A stretch of DNA of 59,477 bases, filler included, from Sphacelaria rigidula (Eukaryota): assembly GCA_964200075.2 (NCBI GenBank). It is 5 parts of 5 records of this genome, joined end to end, with 100 filler letters (N's around TTAATTAATTAA, not from the genome) between each part and the next. Parts side by side here need not be neighbours in the genome. Positions count along the whole stretch, not along the records: positions 23,835 to 35,649 come from CAXNAA020004467.1; positions 35,750 to 47,564 come from CAXNAA020004468.1; 3 more parts are not named here. The stretch is one strand, 5' to 3'. The notes below the pieces were generated by a model that was given only the letters and a program-made list of their open reading frames with translations, was not told where the DNA came from and ran no database searches. Shown here in pieces: positions 25,148-36,752 of the stretch. A program made the position numbers and the translations under genes. Positions within the stretch are counted from its first letter, which is position 1. The number at the start of each line of letters is the position of its first letter.

Positions 25148-28100
25148 CGACCTTTTTACGAGTATAGTACAGCGCTTTTCTGTGCAGGTGTACAGACAGT
25201 AGGTTGAACGAGCTGGGTCAGCAGTAAATCCCGCATTCGTTTTCCACACCACGGCTTCCCAAGTTTTTCAGATCAGCGCAACGTGAGCATATCGCCGTGA
25301 AGTGCAGACCAACCTGGTAACACACGGCACCGCCGCTGAGTGAAGGGGAAAATAAAATGTACTGCATAATATAATACGGACGAAAAAAAGAGAGAATATG
25401 TCGGGATTCGAACTCATGACCTCCATAATTGGAGTCTCCTGTATCACTTGAATTGAAGGGGCGCGGTCGTGTCACACGAGAAGTGTGATGCCGCACCCAT
25501 TTTGACGTTGGCCGAAACTTTGCCAGGATGTCTTTGATGCGAGTGCTCGTATGTGTTGGAGAGTTGTCATTGATTTTCATCAATTTCAAAGGAAGTTATG
25601 AAGCAGTTTTCCTGTTTTTGCTGTAACTTTAACTCGCATGAAGTTCCTCTCTTTCTTCTTCCTCTGTACCCTCAATAGGGTTTCGCGGGTTGGTGATGAA
25701 AATGCCGTGTCAAAATTTCAGCGCCAACGCCTGGACTTGATGAAATACCAATGGCATCTCCACTCTTTCTTCAAAAATCACGGTCAGCTGGCCAAGCTCG
25801 TGTGAAGTAGTAGGTTGGTACATTGCGCAGGAAGAATCCTACCCATTATTGCTTTTGTCAAATACCCAAGTACTGTCTCCAGTCTTGTTACAAAAATCCA
25901 ATATTGAAGGTTCGAGGCTTGTGCGCAGGAGGTGTAGATATCAGATGTTACCCTCATCTGCCGCTGGCTTTCCGCAACACCTGAGTCAGGTGAGAAAAAA
26001 AACTAACAACTCGACTGTCAATTTTTATGAAGCAATCGACGGGTGTTCGCTAACCCGCCTCTCCCCAATATTCTGGTCGTATGAGGGGCTCATCTTGACA
26101 AGTGTTGTTATTGCACTGTCGTCTCTGTACAAGATGTACTCTCCACGACATGAATTTGTTCCAGACTACGGTACCAGTTTCGCACTCTTTCAATTGTGCT
26201 TGTAACCACAACTGAGTTCTCGACGCATTTCACTATACAAAAGAAGCATGAAATTTCACCTCGCACATTGAACTTCTGGTGTGATTGCGCGGGGGAGGGG
26301 GGTACAATTACATCTTTACTCTTCCAACGGGGGGGAGCAGCCTACACTTGGGTGATTAACTACACTTGGGTGATTAACTGTGTTGTGTGATGCAGGGTGT
26401 CGAGCATCCGTTTGGCCCAAACCTTGTACTGCTGTGTGCGCCGATTGTGTACGGTATAGCAGACCGTCGTTGCAGTTCGATAGCCTACACTTCCCGACAC
26501 ATTGAACCGAGGACGAAGTAGAATTTACGATTTCACCTCCCTTTTGCAGGCTAAAATCATCATTGCAAATGCAAGGACCGTGTGTGCATTACTTGCTCAC
26601 ACTTTATTTGGCCCGTGCTCCTCGACAGACAGCATAGTATTGGCATCGTACCCCTTGTCTGTCCACTTTCCAACGATCGCACCGTTATATCACTCACAAT
26701 ATTGAATGTATTCGATCGTTTCAGTATTCATGAACGAACACACTTCATCCATTGTCCCGTTCAACACCTGCGGTCAGTATTTCGCGCAACCACACCGCAG
26801 CAAAACTGTGTGCTTCAAATCGAGGGTACGAGCGTCACTCCTGAATACACTGTCTGTGTCGTATCTACAAAAGACCGCAAGAGTGCAGTGGATTTGAGAT
26901 GAAGCGACTGATGCTGCGTTCTGCGCTATAAAATTAAACGATCAGAAGGATTTCTTATTGAGGCTTGGGTGGGGGGGGCGGTGTAACAGCGGGGTGGACA
27001 CTTTCGATCACGCGTGCTGGGGAGGGCAACGGCAGAATGCCCTGCAGCTGTAAAGCAGTAGAGGACACAGATGGGGCAGTTGCAGTAGTCGACGTCTGTA
27101 AACGTGGGTGGAGGTTGACACGATGGTGAACGTCAAGAGCGGAAATAGTTGTGGTGTGTTGTCTGTACTGCCGAAGTGTCTACTACTGTCGTACCGCAGA
27201 GGTGACCCATACCGCACTTGCAGATGGACCGAATGAAAAATCTCGGATGGCCACCACATGAGATATGATAGTCGTACTGTTTGTATTCGAGAATCTTCTC
27301 AACGGTTGCGACGAGCAGCTTTGGAAGTGGGACCACTAATCTAACTGTTTACAGAAGCAGGCACACATGAAAACAAAATCCAGCACTCCCACTGACGATG
27401 AGACAGACATTAATCTTCACGCATGCACTGTAGCTTTCTGTATCGCTTCTCCGAGGAGACATGTGTTTCGCACTCATCTACCGTCGTCACTACTTTCAAA
27501 AATGGGAAACCGCTTCCATCTCGCACCGCGGGCAAGCGACAGGATTTGTGTCGTATGTGCGTAATATCAGAGACGGAACTTTGGCACATTTTCTTGTCCG
27601 CTCTTGATGGCATTTCTCCCTCAGCTAAACGTGGCCGTTCTCATCAGGGGAACATGGCTTGTCATTCCCCGTGAAGAAGGTTGCCTTTGACAGTCTGGGT
27701 ATCTCACTTTGCATAATTAACGACCTGAAATTTGACAGTTAGCATTGCTGTGCATTTCGAGCACAAGATTTTTGCACAAAGTTTGTGCTGACTCCGGGCG
27801 GAACGAGACACACACGATAATTTTCACACGAAATATTGCTCAAGCCCGAAGGCTCACGTCCGGTGTGTGTGCGGTCAAATACTTCCACGACGTGGCCGAG
27901 CTTGTCATACGGAACCCCACGATACCTCCTTGAGGCTTGTTGTGACCACAGCGTTTTGAGAGCATAGTGTCATAGACCTTCGCGTGCGACCAATAGATTG
28001 ACATGCAGTTCTTCCTAACCGCGCATGCCACTCGCTTGAACTAGCTTGCTGATTATGGCTTTGGTGGGCGAGAAGCAACTCGGACTGTCTACATAGAGGT

Positions 28101-30597
28101 TGGTCAGTAAGAACACTACTTCCGAAACCAAACTTAGAAAAACATACAACCCATGAGACGCGGCAACTGTTGTTTTGTATTTTGTACTGTCATTTGGCTA
28201 CACCGTCAGATAATCGAACAGAGATGGTAACGACATCAAGAGGCCATGCAGTACGGAGCTCTGATCCGGTGCACTGTAGGAGCAATCGTCAAGGTCTTGC
28301 CGCGAGACGTCTTCGCGTCGTGTTCTAACTTGATACACATTGCACGGAGCCGTATCGATATACTTAGAAGAAGACGTGTTTCGTACACGTGATCCGACCT
28401 GCTTCTACTCTAGTACAACCATCAACGAACAACCTTGCAACCACAGGTCACGATTGTGCAAACGGCAACGAACATGCAATGCGAGAGCGAGAGAGAGAGA
28501 TAGAGAGTCAAACTTCCTGATACTCGCCCTCGTAGGCTAGCTCGAAACCGCTTCGGTCAGTCATGACAGGTTACGATCAGAAAACGGCCTACACCACCGC
28601 ATATTCTAATCCAGTGCCACTCACCATCTGCGCATCGTTGGCCAAAGCAGTACAGTCAGCATCACTTGTGCAGCAAGACTGGACGGTCGCAGTGAACAAG
28701 CACCAGGAGGTACAGGAAAGCACCACCGACAAGAAGCGAGATGTCCACATCGCGAGTATGCAACGTTTGCAAGAAGTCCTGAATAGCTGGTGTGTGGCTG
28801 TGATGCTGCCTTGTCTTCCTCCCCGAATTCGGTCACCCCCGGAGTGCTGTATCACCGAGAAATGCTCGTTGTTTAGGTGTTCTCTGATTTCAACTCGCTC
28901 AGTGATGTGGTTCGCACAGCAGTCCCAAAGAAGGGAAACTCGTGAAATGTAGACCAGAACCGAACACAGCTCAATCAATCAGCAAATCGCTGTGGTGTGT
29001 GTGGAAAATCACCCCTGGATTATTTCTAACGATGATTTTGACGCTCCCAACCGACGAAGAGAGCCCCCTTCTTCCGTCCAGCTTGCTTGACCTGCGACAA
29101 TGTGGTGGTGCTACCGTATCGCACAGCCTAACCGTTCTCTCACGCCAACAGGCTCAGGCCGGCTCTTTTGTCCGCGGATAATGACGGTGAGGCTGCTACT
29201 AAAACCAGTACAGATCGGGCATAGAGATTAAACTGGCAAGCGGACAGAAAAGTGACGACGGTATTGTCATGTCAGATTAAAATTGTCCAGCGGGGCTAGG
29301 TGCTGACATCGGTAGTAACACAACCGAAATATGGGAAAGGGGTCCCGGCACGGTCGAGAAATTCCAAGATGCCAAAGATCATCCGTTATGAAATGTCAAA
29401 TCAAATGGTTGAAAAGTTCAATATTTCGATCTGTCCGCTCTGCTTTCTGGGATCGGTAGTGTCGGTTCGGTGTAATAATGCGCCCCCCTTCGTGTTAAAC
29501 AACAACGGGACGGGACGGGGTAGGTTCGCGGAGCACCGGATGATAAACCGGCGATGCAGGAAAATGATGGGCGGTAAGAGGAAGCTCCAAACGCCACCAC
29601 CCTGAAAAACTTTACCGGGCATGGTGGAGCAGGAAACGCTGCTCTCTCCCCTTGTACTGTCCCGGGGGGTGTTCGTCCCACCACACCCGAACGATTGTGA
29701 CTCTTCACTGTTCATTGTTCGTGTTCATTCTCCTTCAGATATTCCTAGATTTTCAAAACAGTACGACTATTTGCTTGGTAGGCATCGGACTTCCCGACTT
29801 GGTTTTAGTGCGGACTCCGAAATCCAGAGTTTTGGTGCGGACTGTGCTCCTAGCGCGCGGAGAACGCATTTTCGTGGCGGCGATTTCAGATCTCGCAACG
29901 CACACTTTGCCTAGGGAACACTTAGCACCCCCCTTTCCCGAGGGTTCTCGGTATGCCTGCGTTGGGATGAGGGTAAGAGTAAGGGTGAGGGTAAGAGTTA
30001 CTCGAAATCATGAACTTCGGGGGAATTTCCATACCGTTCAAGGCAACGTTCGACGAGACAACACACAATAGTCGACCAGAAATGATGGCTAAAAACATTA
30101 TCGGAATATATTCGGTCCGAAATATCAAAAATAATAAGGTCGCGTCTATTGTGGCTCTTGGTGGGCAACAAAATCGATAGTGAGAAAATATGGATCGAGT
30201 TTTGCACCTGCTCAACATTGCACAGCGCTTCCTTTACTCCTGCCCGAGTTCTGTGCAGACGGGATCACAGTAGCAGTGTACAGCTCAGGCATTCTCGCTC
30301 GCATAGATCAACCAAACCGCATTCGTAAGGTTCAAATGCACCACAGCACAGCGACGCTACTACTACTACAGCATGGAAATGATACAGCCAACGTCATGAC
30401 GTTCTCAGCAGCGTACACATGTTTGCCCCCATAACCCAAAATTCAAAATTCAGTCATGCGCAAAACTTGACCCGGTTTTTTGGAGTGTTAGTAGACCTTT
30501 GGTTGGCATTTGGTCGTGTATACCACAGAGAGACTCGGCAATTCGGCAAACAAGATCGTGACCGAAATCTATCCATATATTAAATTAAATATTGAAA

Positions 30598-31152
30598 TGA
30601 CCGACATCGTCGAAGGTAGTCCATGTGGATCGCGAGAACAAATTCAAGTGAAATTGATGCCGATTCAATACATGACCTGCGCATGCTCCCGCTGTATAGA
30701 GCCCGCAGACCGCGAGGATGGTTTATCTTGATCATGGATTCTTTTTTCAAGTGAAAGTGATGCCGATTCAACGGATGGCCTACTCTTCTCGGGAAGGGTT
30801 CAACCCGACCCAAGCGATACCGAGAACCCTCGGGCACTATAATAACGAGGGGCGCTCCAAGCTATAGTGTGTATTGGAGACGTGGAGACGGCGCCAATTC
30901 GGACAAAAACCGTCGTGTTTTTCGGGCAGGTTAGCATGTATTCTTGCGTCTTAACCCTTAGACAACGAGAAGAGTACGTTATGTGTGGAATCAGCATCCA
31001 TCTGACTACCCTCGCGATCTAAGGGTTCCACTAACTAACGCTTGGACCGCGGTGCGGGTAGTCCATCTAGATCATGCATACTTTCCTCAAGTGAACATTG
31101 AAGCCGATTCAGCGGGTGACCTAGCTACCCTCGCGGTCTATAAAAAGGTCAA
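30598..31152. mobile_element. Cluster of ~4 decayed piggyBac-like mini-MITE copies (two pairs)
   Basis: TTCAAGTGAAA.TGATGCCGATTCAA at ~30643 and ~30746; TTAACCCTTAGAC at 30951; GACCGCGGTGCGGGTAGTCCATCT...CCCTCGCGGTCTA at ~31045-31140. Confidence 0.7.
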
Positions 31153-31296
31153 GGCAAATGAAAAACAGGAAAATATTTCGCGAAATCTTTCAAGAGCTGC
31201 AAAAATAGGATTGTCGAAAAAACGATCAACAGTAAAAAACTGTCTTCCTGCCCGCCGCCCTCCCACAAAAACCAGACTGTCTTGCCGAAACTATTT

Positions 31297-31357
31297 CTAC
31301 ATTATTATTATGATGATTATTATTATGATTATTATGATTATTATGATTATTATGATT

Positions 31358-31388
<31 letters not shown>

Positions 31389-31991
31389 TTATAATGATTA
31401 TTATGACTCTTATTCTTATTCTTATTCTTATTCTTATTATTATTAGTATTATTATTCTTATTATGATTATTCTTATTATTCTTATTCTTCTTCTTATTAT
31501 TATTATTATGATGATGATTATTATTATTATCATTATTATTATCGATTATGATTATTATTATTATTATTATTATTATTATGATTTTTATTTATATTATTTT
31601 TATTATTATGATTATTATCGATTATGATTATGATTATGATTATGATTATGATTATGATTATGATTATAATTATTATGATTATTATTATAATTATTATTAT
31701 AATTATGATTATGATTATTATGATTATGATTATTATTATGATTATTATTATGATTATTATTATGATTATTATGATTATGATTATGATTATGATTATGATT
31801 ATGATTATGATTATTATTATTATGATTATTATGATTATTATGATTATTATGATTATTATGATTATTATGATTATGATTATCATGATTATTAGTATTATTA
31901 GTGTTATTATTATGATTATGATTATGATTATGATTATGATTATGATTATTATGATTATGATTATTATGATTATTATGATATTATTATGATT
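31297..31991. repeat. Compound microsatellite (ATT/ATG/CTT, GATTAT)n, ~700 bp
   Basis: Directly visible; it generates the poly-Ile/Met/Asp-Tyr pseudo-ORFs. Confidence 0.97.
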
Positions 31992-32648
31992 ACTAGAAGC
32001 TGTCGCTGATCGATCTCCCGATCAGAGGGGTATGTTTACTTCGTGGTACGTCGCCGAGGTTTTCTCGAAATATGTTCGGTGACAGATCGTCAGGTTGTTG
32101 GTCGGCCAAGTTCGAAGTTCACCCGGAAAGTCGTTTCTTTCTGGCAAGATATAACAGACAAGTTTAGTTGCTTATGTCACCTCATGTGGTTCGATTGCGG
32201 GTCACAACGTCAATGAAGTAGTCTACGGACAATATACATAAAAGACAATCAATACAACCGCCGGTTGATTGATTGATTGATTGATTGTCGCACTTCAACT
32301 GCCGGTAGTGGTGGTATTGCTCGAGTAAAAGAAAGATGAAATGCTATTATTAAACATGAACTAGGTTTATGAAATATCCGGTGATGAACAGTATCACGGT
32401 ATCGTTTGGATTCGTCGAGTGCATGTTTTGTCGGGTTCTACATGATCAACGGGGACATTCAAATAAATACCCATTTTATTAATGTGACGATGAAAATAAA
32501 GGAAAATTGTCGCCGCCATGGATACTCTGCGTGGTAGGCAACACATATAAGACCCCGTAGGCGTGTGAACCGGCCCGGCTTGGTTGTCTCGCAAAGGAAC
32601 CAGTCTCCAGCCATGCAAGCTCATCCTCTGGCCATTATTCCATTGCAG

Positions 32649-32735
32649 AAGGACCTCCTGGTGTCCTCGGAAACATCCAGCAATAGTAGCAGCAGAGCAA
32701 GCAGCCCAGAAAGCAATGGTAGCACGAACTCGACG
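32649..32735 (+). CDS. Possible isolated Ser-rich exon of an unknown gene
   Basis: Acceptor ccattgcag, donor gtaagg, 87 nt in phase 0: KDLLVSSETSSNSSSRASSPESNGSTNST. No homology recognised. Confidence 0.25.
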
Positions 32736-33535
32736 GTAAGGGTGCGGGCTCTCGTTCCAGTAAATGGCAGACACACAGCGACGCAGCAGGATAGCAGCAA
32801 GCCCACAGATCTGGTGCGATCGGAAGATGATACTGCGCTCATGAGGAGTCTCATCAGTCTTCTGCCGTACGAGCAGGCTGACAGTCAGGTAGGGCCAGTG
32901 CCCATGCGTTTGTTGCAGTAGTTCCTCCGTCACTGCTGTGGAGGTGACGGGACGTAGTTTAGCTCTGTACTATGGCCGAACGCTCTCGCGTTCACGTGGT
33001 CCTTTACGCCAGAAGACGTGCTTAGTGCAACCTAGTCCGAGCCTGCTCTAAGTCACACTCCACTAGAGATAGTCCGGGAGTAACGGCATACTGAAATATC
33101 TTTGGTTATACAGTTGATGCCATCGCAGCAGTTACCATACACAGTACTCGTATGGACTTCTAGAGCTGCTTGTGAAATACTGTCTCTGTTGAAGTTGAAC
33201 ACGGCCACCGCACTGGTGAATCTGTTACTAAGCCGCTCCTTGTGTAACAGACAAAAATTAGACTCTAGAAAAGTGTCTTTCTAGAGCTTTCACGTCGTTC
33301 GACGCCCTAAAATAGAGCTAGGCGGAGTTTGACAACTGGAATAAGTTGCTCTACTGGTGAAGGCGGTTCCAGAACATCTTCCCCTTTTCCGATGGCTGCA
33401 GTTTTTATATCGACCAAACAAGAATGTTCGTCCAAAAACCGTAAAAAACAGTCGAATCTAGAAAAAAATCGCCACTTTTCTCTGGACCTGACTATTTTTC
33501 CACCGTTCTTGGACGAAAATTCCAGTGTAGTGTTC

Positions 33536-33680
33536 TGTAAGGTACGGGTACGTTCTGTGGAGTATGGGATTCCTTACACAACTTACAAAACTGTCGGGTA
33601 CCGGTATGAAAGTCTCACAGAAAATACACAACTTGTCGGGTACGGTACGGGAGGCTCACAGAAAACCGGTACAGGCTGGT
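33536..33680. repeat. Short degenerate tandem repeat (ACAGAA..TGTCGGGTAC(C)GGTA units), probably transposon subterminal
   Basis: TGTCGGGTACCGGTA at ~33592 and TGTCGGGTACGGTA at ~33633; CTCACAGAAAA occurs twice. Confidence 0.55.
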
Positions 33681-34429
33681 TCACGGTGATCACCCAAAAT
33701 TGTGTCATCAGCAAAATAATGCCTTCCGCAATACGCACCCAAGAGTCGCATATATGGTGTCATACTGACCGCAATGAAGAGACGAAGGGGGTGACATAGC
33801 CGGATTTTTGTTTAAGGCCGTAGCGGTGGCGCTATTGGCGAAAATGTGTCTCACTCAGCCAATTAGCGCCCTTCAAACTGTTCCGAGATCTAAATTACGA
33901 ATACCAAGCACAATGTTCACCCAATCTCTACATGCTTCAAATCTAGTAACCGTCATCGACACGGGAATCTAACGGGAAACTCATTATTTTTCAAACGGTT
34001 GTTACGGGGGTCGAATTATACCCGAAACCGTGATGTTTCGGTGATGTCGGGTGTCGGCGTCGTCTAATGTCCACTAGTGATACGCGCGAAAGACCCAGCA
34101 AGCCTCGTGACGGTGTCCCCTATATTTGTTGTAGAAAAGCTCAGATCGCCCTCAAACTCGGCAGTTCCGTAGGTATTGATGCTCCAAATGGAAAAATTGT
34201 ATCCTTGACAATATATCATGGCTTCTCCGTTCTCTACCGGCTTCCGCGGGTCCCAGCATGAAGACCTCCGTAAGGCGCTACAGAATGCTCTAGAAGACAA
34301 ATAATGAAATGATGCGTCTCGGGAGAGTCCACGGAACACATGTACAAAGTTTGGTGGAGAAACTCGAAAACCTCATACAGTTTTTCTTGCCTTGACGTGG
34401 AATTCGCCCCAAAATACGTTACCATCCTT

Positions 34430-35170
34430 AAACCAAGTAGTTAAGAGTTGCACGTTTCAAGCCCACGTCCTCCACAAACGCGCACACTTTCACGCTGTCA
34501 TTAGGAGTTAGATCCTGAAACTTTGCATATATATGCTTTGTATTATCACGCAACTTTGTACGGACGATGTTTTTCGTACTTGTTGAGTTTTTCACCGTTT
34601 TTCGGGGGTCCGACAGGATCGAAGTCGTTTTTCGAAGTAGCCTCAATTCTGGGACCCCAGAAAAACGCCACCACGACTTTCTTTTTTTTTTTCGCAAAGG
34701 ATCTGCCTCCGCATAACCCAAGGATGGGCTCCACAAATTTTCGACGCAAAACTCTATCAGCTGATGCTTGAATTTCCATGCTCACGTCAAAGAAGGCCCA
34801 AAAACGCCGTTTTGGTACTAAATTCAAGTACTTTGCGGTTTCACCGCGGCACAGCAAAGCTCATCGCACAAAAGCGAAAAACCTCACGCCGTTTTGAGGA
34901 GTTCGATCCTGAAATTTTGTACAACTGTGCTTTGGGTCACTACGTAACTTTGGATAGAAGGCTTGTTTGTTTTTGTTACCGTTTTTTGCGGGTCCGATTG
35001 GGTCGAGGTTTCCCCCAAAAAACTGGGACCCCCGAAAAATGGTGAAAAAAAAGTTTAAAGTTAGAAAAATTTTGAAAAAAAAAAATTAAAATCGGAAGTT
35101 GCGTAATTATCCGTGGAACATTCGTGCAAAATTTCAGGGTCTACCTCCTTAAAACGGCGTGAGGTTTTGC
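34430..35170. mobile_element. MITE-like repeats (direct and inverted copies of a ~45-bp motif)
   Basis: AAAACCTCACGCCGTTTTGAGGAGTTCGATCCTGAAATTTTG (~34877) is inverted at ~35126-35169, with a degenerate direct copy at ~34490. Confidence 0.65.
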
Positions 35171-35649
35171 CGATGAGTGTTTTTTGGGTGATCAACGTGA
35201 ACCAGCCTATCAATGTATTAATAAAGCTATAATTCTTCGCATACCTTCGGAGCCAAGGCCAAGTTATATTCATGAGTTTCGGCAATACATTGCACATCAC
35301 GTTTCCACGACAAGAACAGGACCAGACAAATACCACAATGCTCTGCAATGCATGCTCAATCAAGCTAAACGCATCTATCTGCACCGCCAATTTTCGTCCA
35401 ATGTGCGTCGCATCTTGTGGCAGATAGAGCCAACAATCATGGGCGCTACCTCACCCAAGTTGCCCCAAAATGGCTATTTGTCGCGTGTTTCTTCATGTGA
35501 AAAAAAAATCGTAGGATCGTTGGAGGGGGGGGGGGGCGTACATAGGGTCTCGGTCAACTTTTGTGGGGCACTCTCGTAGGGTCTCGCATTGGTTTTTTGG
35601 GCATTCCTGTGTTCACGAGTAATTTTTGTTATTATGCCCTAGTTATTAT

Positions 35650-35749
35650 NNNNNNNNNNNNNNNNNNNNNNNNNNNNNNNNNNNNNNNNNNNNTTAATTA
35701 ATTAANNNNNNNNNNNNNNNNNNNNNNNNNNNNNNNNNNNNNNNNNNNN
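35650..35749. other. Artificial contig linker
   Basis: N44-TTAATTAATTAA-N44. Confidence 0.97.
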
Positions 35750-36676
35750 CGAGGCGGAGCGCTCGGGGGGGGGGGGGGGGCGCGCGGGGGGGGGGGGGGG
35801 GGGTCGGGGGGGGGCGTACTCATTTGTTGATTGCCTTAGTTGTTTGGCCATTGACCACGAATCCCATTCGAGACGGAGCATGGAGGGTTAGGGGAGGTAT
35901 GGATATAGGTAATACAACCCTCGCCAAATTCGATCGAGCCGATGACATTTCTTGGGTCCAGCGGATCAGCGGAGTGGAGGCTGTCCCACGAATGATGAGC
36001 TTGAGGGGGGACGCGCGGAGATATGTCCCTGGAATTTGCAGCTGAAACGTTGTGAAACTTGCCTGCCTGCATGCAGTTCGCTGAGAAAATTATCAGTAGC
36101 TTGCTACCGGTTTCTACTGCGAACTCGCAGCAATGCTTGCTCGTCTGATGCTCATAGAGCACCGCGCAAAATGAAGTTAGGGGCGGCCGCCACTATCGGG
36201 AACTCAGCCAAAGGCTCAAGCTGAAAGTCGAACGCATGTGAACATGTAAGTTACATGGCCAAGAACTATGCTGGTTGGTATGTCAAGCCCGTAATCTACT
36301 TCGATCCAAAAGGTGTGACTCCCTTGGACCAGAGCCAGACGATAAAAGAGTAAAATTCACGACGAGTTTTCCCCGCGGCTCACCCTTGCCCTACGAAATT
36401 CTACCGTTATCCCCGTCTGCTGGCCTGATGAAAGAGCTGGTGGCACACAGATCTGAGTAAGTTATCCCCGGTGTTACGTTTGGGTCGATACTATTATTAT
36501 CTCTAGTAGGGGACACGCACAAGACAAGGGGGAAGGGGGGGGGGGGGGGGGGGGGGGGTGGGAAAAAGGGCGGCAAACCTCTAACCGGAGGGGGAAAGAA
36601 AGAGGGGGGCGCCCGTCATTTTAGGAGNNNNNNNNNNGTGTGTCGTAGGGCGCGGGGGGGCGGGGCGGGCGGGGGG

Positions 36677-36722
<46 letters not shown>

Positions 36723-36752
36723 CTGTTGGTCAATAAGCGGACACACTCTTAC

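Noticed and set aside
25380-25500. tRNA or Pol III gene (minus-strand GAGTTCGAATCCC plus a T-run)
   Set aside because: There is no recognisable A box or acceptor stem; at most it is a SINE remnant.
26400-27340. Cys-rich minus-strand fragments suggesting a decayed SET/zinc-finger or transposase gene
   Set aside because: Too fragmentary and stop-ridden to assign without a search.
29963-30000. Interstitial telomere (AGGGTA/AGAGTA hexamers)
   Set aside because: Only about six degenerate units, none a clean TTAGGG run.
30983-31989. Long Ile/Met/Asp-Tyr ORFs as membrane proteins
   Set aside because: They are translations of a microsatellite.
35756-36722. Poly-G runs as G-quadruplex elements or poly-Pro coding sequence
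   Set aside because: They are homopolymers adjacent to assembly gaps, so their lengths are unreliable, and there is no exon support.
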